Source of the DNA: an uncultured Planctomycetota bacterium
GTDB taxonomy: Bacteria > Planctomycetota > Planctomycetia > Isosphaerales > Isosphaeraceae
Assembly: GCA_963845755.1 (NCBI GenBank)
Contig: CAWJTV010000011.1
Coordinates: 160,001 to 224,000, forward strand
Length of the DNA stretch: 64,000 nucleotides
Direction of reading: 5' to 3'
Shown: positions 55,226 through 64,000 of the stretch, one piece after another
Layout: each line of letters begins with the position of its first letter
Numbering within the stretch: the stretch's first letter is position 1
Program-made: the position numbers and the translations under genes
The notes under the pieces: model-generated
What the model saw: only the letters and a program-made list of their open reading frames with translations
Database searches by the model: none
What the model was told of the DNA's origin: nothing

Positions 55226-55474
55226 TCAGGGCGATTTCTTCTTCGCGTTGTTCGCTTTGGCCTTGGCTTCGGCTTGGCTCTTGGCCTCGGCAATGAGCTG
55301 GTCGCGATACCCCTTTCCCAGGTGCTGTTGAACCTGCTTCTGCTGCTCCACATTGATCGAGGCCGGCTTGGAACTATCTCCATCGCCACAGCCGGCCACC
55401 AAGCCGGCGATTCCGGCCGCGACGCCGAGGAGGAGGCAACCCTCCCTGCGAAATGCACGATCACTGACCGGCAT
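55226..55474 (-). CDS. Small putative lipoprotein
   Basis: Lipobox LVAGC followed by a basic tail; adjacent to a DUF1559 gene. Confidence 0.6.
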   Translation of the reverse strand: MPVSDRAFRREGCLLLGVAAGIAGLVAGCGDGDSSKPASINVEQQKQVQQHLGKGYRDQLIAEAKSQAEAKAKANNAKKKSP

Positions 55475-56189
55475 ACTTCGGACTCCTGGACTGCGGATCG
55501 TGCGCGCAACAACCGCCCGAATCTCGGCCCAAATGAAGACGGGATCGTCTCCGACCTTGCCGAATTCCGACCGTGTTGACCGGCTGCTTACCTCGGGAGA
55601 GAATAGCTCGCACGTTCCTGAAGAATTGCGTTTGCCATCACGGACAGGGCGGTGATCTCGAGGCTTCACGCGCGAGGAGCGATCCGAGAACGAGATTTCC
55701 CCCTAGAAGAATAGGGTTCCGGAAGCTCTCGAATAGTTGCTTGCGTGCTCTTAAGTCACAATCCGGTAATACCTAACCCGGACCTAGCATACTTTTCGAC
55801 CTGATCCCAACATTGGATCCAATGTTGAGAGTGTGACATGACGGATGATTGACATAGATGACGATCCATCGTCAGATAGGGAGCCTCTCTTGGTTCCCGC
55901 GTACCTCGCGACCCCCTGAGCTGGAGATGAACAGTAGGAAGATACTCGTGTGATAGGGGAAATGCAAGGACTTTTTTTCCCATCCCCACGACCAGTCGTG
56001 CAGCATCCATCGGCTCAGGACTCGAGCCGATGGGTATGAAGCGGGAGAGGAAAGCGGTATCATCACATCGCATTGTCCCGGATGTTCGCACATCGAGTAC
56101 CACGTCCGTGCGACCGGAGATCCCGCAGGCCCGGGGCGCATGGGCCCCGATGCAGGGACGGGCGAGTGATCACCTGGGGTTCGACGTTC

Positions 56190-58073
56190 ATGAGATTGCG
56201 AATCTTTACGCCTCCGTCCGTCCTGCTGATCACCATGTTCGTCCCGGTGGCCGCCGCTTCGGGTCAGGCCGTGGAACGGATCGAACCGCCATCGTGGTGG
56301 GTCGAAAGGGAGAGGCAAGATCTCACCCTTCTGATCGAGGGGTCGAATTTGCTCGGGGCCGACGTTCGGGTCTCGAGCGGGCCGATTCGGATCGAGAGGA
56401 TCGAGCCAGGGCGAGAGGGGCGCGCGCTGTTCGTCGACGTGACGGTCCCCGGCGGGGCGGAGGTGGGTCGCTGCGCGATCGAGGTCGCGGCAGGGGGTCG
56501 GACGATCCGGCGCGACTGGGAACTGGTGGCAAAGCCCGCGCGGCGGCCCCAGCCATTCGGCCCAGACGATGTCATCTACCTGGTCATGCCCGACCGTTTC
56601 GCCAACGGCGATCCTACGAACGACGAGTCCAAGGAGGGGGACCGGATGCTCGACCGCCGCGACACGCACGCCTACCACGGCGGCGACTTCGCCGGCCTTC
56701 GCAAGAAGTTACCCGACCTGGCCGATCTCGGCGTCACGGCGGTCTGGGTCACGCCGGTCTACCGCCCCGCGCCGACGTGGTACACGGCAAACCTCGGAAG
56801 AACGCCGCGGAAGATGGCGGACTTCCACGGCTATTCCGCGGTCGACTTCTACGACATCAATCCTCGATTTGGATCGTTGTCCGATTACCGAGCTCTTGTG
56901 GACGAGGCCCATCGGCTCGGCCTGAAGATGATCCAGGATCACGTCGTCGGCCATACCGGCCCGAAGCACCGCTGGGTTGTCCACCCGCCGACAGATGACT
57001 GGTTCCACGGACCGATCGACCACCCACCGGTGTGTACCTTCCTGTTCGACGCACTGACCAACCCCCACGCGCGTGAGGCCGACCGTCGGGGGGTGACCGA
57101 CGGCTGGTTCGCAGGCATCCTGCCCGACCTCAATCTGCGCGACTCTCGTGCCGGCCGCTATGCGATCCAGCAGTCACTCTGGTGGATCACGTTGTTCCAG
57201 GCCGACGGAGTCCGGCTCGACACATATCCATTGGTCGACCGCGTCTTCTGGCGGGACTGGAGTCGCCGACTCAAGGCGGTCCACCCGGAAATCCGGGCCG
57301 TCGGCGAGGCGTGGGTGGCGGATGCAGCCAACCTGAGCTTCTTCCAGGGAGGACGTGCGGGCTGGGACGGCATCGACCCGGGCATCGACGCGGTCTTCGA
57401 CTTCCCGCTGTACCAGACGTCCGTCGGGGTCTTCTCGGGCCGGGCACCGGCGTCCGCGCTGGCCCAGGCGCTGCGGTACGATGGGTTGTACCCGCGCCCC
57501 GACCTCCTGGTGACGTTCCTCGACAACCACGATACTCCGCGGCTCGCCGCCGTGCCGGGCGTGACCCCCGCACGACTCCGGCTGGCAGTTGCCTTCCTGC
57601 TGACGACCCGGGGCATCCCCCAGATCACCTGGGGCGACGAGATCGGACTGCCCGGCCACATGGATGACCGCCGCGACCTCCCCGGTGGCTTCCCCGGCGA
57701 CCCGCGCGACGCCTTCACTGCCGCGGGGCGGGCTCCCGAGGAACAACGACTCTTCGCCGCATACCGCGACCTCCTGCGGCTCCGCAAGGCGTTACCAGCC
57801 CTGCGCCGAGGAACGCTTACCGACCTCGTCGCCAGCGAGAAAGTCTACGTCTACCTGCGTCACATTGGGGATGAGTCTGTCCTCGTTGCGTTGAACCTGG
57901 GCAAGGATGCGGCCGAGGTACCACTCCCAACCGAACCTTCCGGGGCGGCCGAGCGACTATACGGCGAGGCCCGGTGGGTCGACACCCCTCGGGGCCCCCT
58001 CATCGCACTGCCGGGCGAGTCGGCCGCGGTCTTCCGGCGGTATGGCGGCCAGCCGTCCACGGCAGATAGGTGA
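56190..58073 (+). CDS. GH13 alpha-amylase / cyclomaltodextrinase-like protein
   Basis: RIEPPSWW N-terminal domain, DVIYLVMPDRFANGD, YHGGDFAG, FHGY, DGVRLDT, VGEAW, FLDNHD. Confidence 0.92.
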   Translation: MRLRIFTPPSVLLITMFVPVAAASGQAVERIEPPSWWVERERQDLTLLIEGSNLLGADVRVSSGPIRIERIEPGREGRALFVDVTVPGGAEVGRCAIEVAAGGRTIRRDWELVAKPARRPQPFGPDDVIYLVMPDRFANGDPTNDESKEGDRMLDRRDTHAYHGGDFAGLRKKLPDLADLGVTAVWVTPVYRPAPTWYTANLGRTPRKMADFHGYSAVDFYDINPRFGSLSDYRALVDEAHRLGLKMIQDHVVGHTGPKHRWVVHPPTDDWFHGPIDHPPVCTFLFDALTNPHAREADRRGVTDGWFAGILPDLNLRDSRAGRYAIQQSLWWITLFQADGVRLDTYPLVDRVFWRDWSRRLKAVHPEIRAVGEAWVADAANLSFFQGGRAGWDGIDPGIDAVFDFPLYQTSVGVFSGRAPASALAQALRYDGLYPRPDLLVTFLDNHDTPRLAAVPGVTPARLRLAVAFLLTTRGIPQITWGDEIGLPGHMDDRRDLPGGFPGDPRDAFTAAGRAPEEQRLFAAYRDLLRLRKALPALRRGTLTDLVASEKVYVYLRHIGDESVLVALNLGKDAAEVPLPTEPSGAAERLYGEARWVDTPRGPLIALPGESAAVFRRYGGQPSTADR

Positions 58074-58265
58074 GGAAACAGCCACTGAGAGCTTTGGAGT
58101 CGGACCATGCGGCGACTCGGGGCCAGGGTGCCAGTCAACCGACGAAAGATTTCATGACCGCGAACGAACATCCCGGTAGACTCGAGTGCCCGACGGTTGG
58201 ATTCCGCCCGCCAGTACCAGCACCTGGCCGATTCCGTAGAGTGCTCTGTGAGCACCGCTTAGGGC

Positions 58266-59753
58266 CAATACCGTTTAAGGAAGCATAACCACTGTCTCTG
58301 CAAAGGTTTTCTTCAAGGGCGGAATGTGTCGATGTTTGGATCGTTTCTTTTTCCACTTGGACATTTTACGCTTGATCACTCGCGGATTGATCCGGTTCCT
58401 CCGCATTTCGTCATCGGTGCGCTCCCCCTGCATCTCCCACAACAATCCCTGGTACCACTCCTCGAACGCCTCGGGGGTCGAGCTGTTGCATTCTGGCAAC
58501 CGGCACTTGAGGATCTGGAAGCACCCCAGAAACGACAGCCGATCCGGGTCCAGCCCCACGGTCCCGGCGGCCGCAACCATCAAGGCTCGGATCACGAAAT
58601 GACCCAGCGACAGCGCATAGATCTCCTGGATCACCCCCGCCGGGGTCTCGCTTCGCATCTGTGCCGGCTTGGTCGCCCGCCGCGGATCATGATGGGTCTT
58701 TTGCTCATCATAGACCAACTCCTGTTCCCATCTCTCGTGATAAAGAATAATCAATTCTTCAGCAGGATAAAGCTCCGCGTCAAGGAGATTCGTGATCAGC
58801 ACATGAGTTTCACCGTGTCCGACTCGTTGCGGGTCGTCCAGTGTATAGCGGATCACCCGGACGACGATCCCATCCCGATCGATCTGACGGTCGTAGCAAC
58901 CCCGATAAATCTTGGCCAGGTACGAGCCATCCGCCAGGTTTTGGATCGACTTGAGGATCAAGCCGCTTTTCACGCGTGCCAACAGCTGGACGCCCCGCAA
59001 CATCGCCGTTTTCCAGTGGTCATAGCTGAAAAACCCGCGATCCTCCAACAGGAGCATCTCCGGAGTCAGATGGCGGAGCAAGCCGCCGACCATCGACGGT
59101 TCGCCGTGGGCGATCGACCGGACCACGAAGGCCAGTTCGATGTGGGTCCCCAATTCGACCAGGCTCAGCTTGCGGACTTGGGGGAACGCGCCGTCGCCGC
59201 GCGGCCCGGCCGAGGGCGCGCGAAGGCCGCGGCGTTGGCCTCCGAGTCGGGGACATCGTAGACGGTCCCATCGATGCCGACCAGGCGGAACCCGCGGTAG
59301 AAGGCTCCGGGCGTATCGGGCCGGGCCAGAGGATGAACGACGTGCTCGAACAGGTGGCGGACCGGCGCGATGCCCAGGCGTTGCCGGGCCACACACAGGC
59401 TGGATCGATGGGGACTCTCCTCGCCGACTCGGAGCCGGCGTGCATGCTTGAAGACTTGGCGGATCGGCAAGTCGGTCAACAGCCCCATGGCCAGGACCAC
59501 CCAGCAAACAATCTCGTGGGTCAGTGTGCAACGTCGTTGATTGGTTTTACCGGTGGCCGCGAGGACTTGGCGAACGGCCTCGGGCGAGATAATCTGTTCC
59601 AGTCCCGCCAAGCGATCCAAGATCCGGCCCGACCCATCGGGCGGCAGCGTGCAATGTCCGTGCGGCATGCGAGTCATGGCCTCCGTGTTGCTTGGGTCGT
59701 GAGTAAACCCAAAGTAACAGGAGGCTGTGGCTTGCACTATTTCAACGGTATTG
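58266..59753 (-). mobile_element. IS4-family insertion sequence, 1488 bp, with 10-bp target duplication
   Basis: Terminal inverted repeats CAATACCGTT..; direct repeat CGCTTAGGGC at 58256-58265 and 59754-59763. Confidence 0.92.
58275..59668 (-). CDS. IS4-family DDE transposase, frameshift near 59210
   Basis: ARQRLG, LVGIDGT, LLEDRGFFSY, LITNL, YHERWEQELVYDEQK (YREK-like), QEIYAL. Confidence 0.9.
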
Positions 59754-59973
59754 CGCTTAGGGCCGGCGATGAGCCTCAGTGCTCACGGGGCACCCTACTG
59801 GCCTGTAACCATCCCAGGCGTGAATCGCTCTCAATAAATAGGGGCCGCTCATCTCGCCGCGCCAGTGGCGTATTTGAACGGTCCAATACGAGTTATAAGT
59901 TAGACCTCATCGGTGCAATTCGCACGGCCGAGGTTGCGGCCACGACCCTTGGAGCGATTGGAGTCGGGAGGAG

Positions 59974-60562
59974 ATGCACGATATCATCTGTGCAACTGAT
60001 GTGATCGATGCCGGCGCACCGCGCGCGGCCAGCGAGTTATTGCCGCAAGTCTACGACGACCTCCGCAAGCTCGCGGCGCAAAAGCTCGCCCAGGAGAAGC
60101 CGGGCCAAACGCTCGACGCCACCGCGCTCGTGCACGAGGCATACATGCGGCTCGTGGAAGGCGGGAAGGACGGCACCTCGCGCGTCAGCGACCCCATCTG
60201 GGCCAATCGCCGACACTTCTTCGCCGCCGCCGCCGAGGCGATGCGCCGCATCCTCGTCGAGAACGCCCGCCGCAAGGGGCGCGAGAAGCACGGCGGCGGA
60301 CGGCGACGCGAATACGCTGATCTGGACGCCCTCAGTGCCGGCGGCTATCCGCAGGACATCCTGGCCTTGCACGGGGCATTGGAGCAGTTCGCGCTCCACG
60401 ACCCCCTCAAGGCCAAGCTCGTCGAACTGCGATTTTTCGGCGGACTGACCCTGGAGCAGGCGGCTGCTTGCCTGGAGATCTCCCTCTCCACCGCCGACCG
60501 CGCCTGGCGGTATAGCCGCGCACTGGCTGTATACCGCGATGGCCGGCGCAGATCCCACCTAA
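59974..60562 (+). CDS. ECF sigma factor, TIGR02999 type (frameshift near the C-terminus)
   Basis: LLPQVYDDLRKLAAQKLAQEKPGQTLDATALVHEAYMRL, HFFAAAAEAMRRILVENARRK, LVELRFFGGLT; an alternate frame gives WLYTAM..* at 60562. Confidence 0.9.
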
Positions 60563-60576
60563 AGACCACTCCCGCC

Positions 60577-60622
60577 TGACGTGTTTCAGACCCCCGCGTC
60601 GCATGAAGGGGGGACGAGCACG
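60577..60622 (+). promoter_or_regulatory. 46-bp conserved motif copy 1 (candidate ECF promoter)
   Basis: GACGTGTTTC-N7-CGCGTCGCA..GACGAGCACG, repeated at 62635 and 63427. Confidence 0.55.
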
Positions 60623-61098
60623 GCTGACCATCGCCGCAGTGGCGCCAACGGTCGTGAACTTTGCCAGTCAAGCGGTTCGCGCAGCCAGGGGTCCCACCGT
60701 GAGGAAGCTACCGTTCAAGACGTTCCTGTCGAAGGTCATGGGCTGGGGCGGTGCAATCGGTCAACGGAAGGCGCGGAATGGCCACAACGCGACGTCCCGT
60801 CTACGGCGTGGGTCGGCCGGCGACCTGTCGATTGACAACCCGCTGGCGGCGGTCGTCCGCAGGATGCTGCAGTCGGACGAAGCCGACACGTGCCGGATCC
60901 CGATTTTGGTCCGGATGACGCCCGAGGTCCCCAGGTCCCAGGAAGAAGATAACCGGCATCATGAGCATGACGATTGCCAGCTCGTTTCATCCCCCTGGCC
61001 GGAGGCATCGGGCCGATGGCCTCGAATCGGCGCCCCGAGCTCCTGATCGATCGCCATCCTCGATGGGCCAATCGTCGTCAGGTCATCCCCATTCGCCC

Positions 61099-62155
61099 TC
61101 AGGACGCCGTTCTCTTTCCGAGGCTTCGGACGGCCAGGAGACCGGTTGAAGGCGAACGCTGGCCCCTCAGATCCAGGAGCCGGATCGTCTCATCGCTGCC
61201 GGCGAACGCCATCCAACTTCCGTCGGGCGAGAACGCGACGGACTTGACCCAGCGCGGCGTGTCATCGATCAAGGTGGCCAATGCAGCTCCCGGTGGTGAG
61301 ATCCCGGACCTCGATACGCCCATCGCTCCCGGCGGTCGCCAAGGTGCGGCCGTCGGGCGAGAAGGTCACGACGTGGACGCCGCAGGGATGGCCGGTCAGT
61401 CGAGTCCGGATCGCGCCGGTTTCCACGTCCCATAGCATAAGATCCTGCGTCATTCGAGCAGGCTCGCCAAGGCCGACCGTCCGGCCGTCGGGCGAGAAGG
61501 CCACCGATCGCATCGGCACGTTCCCCTTGCTGGCGAGGACGCGCAACACAACGCCGTGGATCGCGTCCCAAAGCACGACGCGCCCTTCAGGGCTCGCCGA
61601 GATCAGGCGCTTCCTATCCGGTGAGAACGCGACGCTCCATACCGCGCCGGTATGGCCGCGCAAGACCATCCGCTCCCGCGCCGAGGGCATGTCCCAGAGC
61701 CGGATCGTGCCATCTTCCGCCCCCAGGGCCAAGGTGCGTCCATCCGGCGAGAACGACAGGCTGTGGTAGCTCTCGCCGGCTCGCTCCACCTCCCGTTGAA
61801 ACTCCGGCCGACAAGACCAGATCGTCACGGATCCATGGCCTGCCGATGCCAGGAGCGAGCCATCGGGGGAGAAGGCCGTCGCGAACCGTGCCGAGTCGTG
61901 CGGCAAGATCACCGACTCGACCTTATGTCCCTCGGCCCAGAGAGCAAAGTCCCAGAGCCGCACCGTACTGTCCCAACCGCAGGAGGCGAGGGTCCGGCCA
62001 TCGGGCGAGAAGGTCACCGCTTCCACGAGGCGAGTGTGGCCGGCCAACGTCAGCGTGCGGGACGCCGAAGGGTCGCCTTCGGAGGGATCGAAGCAGACGA
62101 TCGCCGCGACCATGAGCAGGATCGCGGCGAACAGAGACCTCCAGGCCCTCGGCAT
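61099..62155 (-). CDS. WD40 repeat protein, frameshift near 61290
   Basis: GHTRLVEAVTFSPDGRTLASCGWDSTVRLWD-type repeats; signal or transmembrane segment at the N-terminus. Confidence 0.9.
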
Positions 62156-62634
62156 GACGCGTGTCTTCCCGGCCGAGACCCGCTCCGGAATGCCGTCAGA
62201 CCGACACGTCGCCGACCAGCTCGTCGAATCATCTTCGCGCGGCATCTTTCGCAGCTCCCCTATTCAAGGATCGTGGTTGGGCTCGGCCACGAGGTCTCGT
62301 CGCGCTCCTGTTGACGGCCGAGGCGTACTCTCGTCCCGCGGCGCGCAACGGCCCCGTGACGGCGGCGTCGAGACCTCGATGACGGACTCGGCTCGGCCTC
62401 GATTTGGTTTCGCTAAAAAGGCAAAGCGGTCACAGCCGTTGCCGCGACTCTCGATTCACGAACAGGTTCACTTGCGCGATCAGTCGGCGAACCGACTCTC
62501 TATGCGACATCCCGACGCCGAGAACGTCAGGAGACCCACGGTTTTCTCGGGAAAGATGGGAATCTTCCCCATCCCCAACCCCGGCGAGTTGCTCCGGATC
62601 CGACATCGCACACTCGGCTTTGTCCCCGGATCCC

Positions 62635-62680
62635 CGACGTGTTTCGGGATCCCGCGTCGCACGAAGTGGTGACGAGCACG
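62635..62680 (+). promoter_or_regulatory. 46-bp conserved motif copy 2
   Basis: cgacgtgtttcgggatcccgcgtcgcacgaagtggtgacgagcacg. Confidence 0.55.
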
Positions 62681-62991
62681 AAAGTCTTTGACGAAAAAAC
62701 CGTAACCCTGGAGACCGCCACTGACACTCTTACAGCAGGACGGAGTTCAAACAAGAATCGGTTGTCCATTGATCAATGGCTTCACGGTGACGAAGAACCA
62801 CGGTGTCTCGACCCGGTACTTCCCGGCTGAAGCGACGAATGCCCTTCGACGCCGCAGGACGAAATGACGCACCTCGTGCACGGCGTAGTCCCGGTTAGTT
62901 AGACACCCGCGGCGTAAGCACCGAATCGCCCGGCAGGCCTCGTTTCACCGAGCGGTCGTGATCGAATCCGCCCTCTCCAAAGGAGACCCCC

Positions 62992-63384
62992 GTGACCATC
63001 GAGGAATTCTCGGACGTGGGCGTCACCAAAGATTCCACCAGCGGCGATGGAACCGCCTGGGGTCTGGCGTCTCTCGGTCTCGGCGCAGTCGCACTGCTCG
63101 CCGCCCCGAGCACGCTGGTCGTCAACGTGCTGCTTTGGCAGTCCGTTCACATGGGAGGCCTACCGAAAGGGCTGGCCTTTCTCGGCGCGACGCTCGGTCT
63201 CCTGGTGATGTTGGGCCTCGCGTGCTGCGGCACCGTGTTCGGGATGAGGGGTCGCCGCATCCATCGCGATCATGGACGACAGTCGCCGCTGGCGGCCGCT
63301 GGCGTCTTGGTTGGAGTTGCGGCCACGATCATCTGGATCATCGTGGGTATCGATCTCTTCGCAATCCTGTTGTCATTTCTCTAA
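62992..63384 (+). CDS. Small membrane protein (3 TM)
   Basis: GGAG ribosome-binding site, GTG start, three hydrophobic helices. Confidence 0.65.
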   Translation: MTIEEFSDVGVTKDSTSGDGTAWGLASLGLGAVALLAAPSTLVVNVLLWQSVHMGGLPKGLAFLGATLGLLVMLGLACCGTVFGMRGRRIHRDHGRQSPLAAAGVLVGVAATIIWIIVGIDLFAILLSFL

Positions 63385-63426
63385 AAGCCTACCGGACGCA
63401 GATCCCGAATAAAGATGTCTCGCTCC

Positions 63427-63472
63427 TGACGTGTTTCCGATCCCCGCGTCGCATGGAGGGGTGACGAGCACG
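63427..63472 (+). promoter_or_regulatory. 46-bp conserved motif copy 3
   Basis: tgacgtgtttccgatccccgcgtcgcatggaggggtgacgagcacg; homology to copy 1 extends about 165 bp. Confidence 0.55.
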
Positions 63473-63551
63473 GCCGATCATCGCCGCAGTGGCACCGACG
63501 GTCGTGATCACTACCAGTCAAGCGGTTGCGCGCGCAGCCAGGGGTCCTACC

Positions 63552-64000
63552 ATGAGGAAGCGACTGTTGAAGGCGTTCCGGCCGAGCGTCATGGCCCGGG
63601 AAGATGCAAGCCGGCGGCGGAGAGTGCGGTCATGTCCGCGGTTGGAGCACCTCGAGAGTCGCGTCGTCATGTCAACGTTCAAGGTCAATACGACGCTCGA
63701 CACGGTGGCGGTCAATCTCCGCACCGGCAAGGACGCCACCGGCCACATCTCGCTACGCTCGGCCATCATGGCCGCCGACGCTCGAGGAGGTTCCAACACC
63801 ATCAAGCTACCCGGCGGAACCTATACTCTGACGATTGCCGGCGCCAACGAGGACGCGAGTGCCACCGGCGACCTCGACATCACCAGCAATCTCACCATCA
63901 AGGGTTCCGGCTCGAACCGAACCATCATCGACGGCAACAATCTGGATCGAGTCGTCGAGATCCTGCAGGGTAGGACGACCATTTCCGGCGTCACCATCCA
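63552..64000 (+). CDS. Planctomycete extracellular protein (LEPR-xLL-type leader, CSLREA-like), 3'-partial
   Basis: Not in the ORF track because it has no stop in the window. MRKRLLKAF..RRRRVRSCPRLEHLESRVVMSTFKVNTTLD..ISLRSAIMAA..GDLDITSNLTIKG..IIDGNNLDRV. Confidence 0.8.
   Translation, partial: MRKRLLKAFRPSVMAREDASRRRRVRSCPRLEHLESRVVMSTFKVNTTLDTVAVNLRTGKDATGHISLRSAIMAADARGGSNTIKLPGGTYTLTIAGANEDASATGDLDITSNLTIKGSGSNRTIIDGNNLDRVVEILQGRTTISGVTI

Noticed and set aside
1..64000. Widespread pseudogenisation (frameshifts in sigma, M32 peptidase, RT, kinase, transposase and others)
   Set aside because: Single-base indels are spread evenly through otherwise well-conserved genes, often in G/C runs. 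This fits long-read consensus error better, so the genes are treated as probably intact.

Overview
GC-rich chromosomal DNA that looks like a planctomycete, probably Isosphaeraceae-like (DUF1559, DUF1501, PSD1/PSCyt, LEPR-xLL, TIGR02999-type ECF sigma, CRTAC1-like genes). Single-base indels break many conserved genes, which points to long-read assembly error rather than real decay. Main contents: (1) 1-8.4 kb, a phage-like tail module with a correctly phased -1 slippery site in a tail-chaperone gene; (2) 20.56-34.58 kb, a retron-like system made of TWO tandem msr-msd-like ncRNA units whose perfect 29-bp stems differ by 8 fully compensated base pairs, then a translationally coupled operon of very large proteins (BRCT/HEAT, beta-propeller/HEAT, SWIM/WGR-like), then a Myxococcus Mx162-like retron reverse transcriptase about 12 kb from the ncRNAs; (3) housekeeping and planctomycete-family genes, several REP-like palindromes, two related heptamer-array elements, a complete IS4-family element with a 10-bp target duplication, and a 46-bp motif repeated three times downstream of an ECF sigma gene. 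All product calls come from motif recognition only; no database searches were run.
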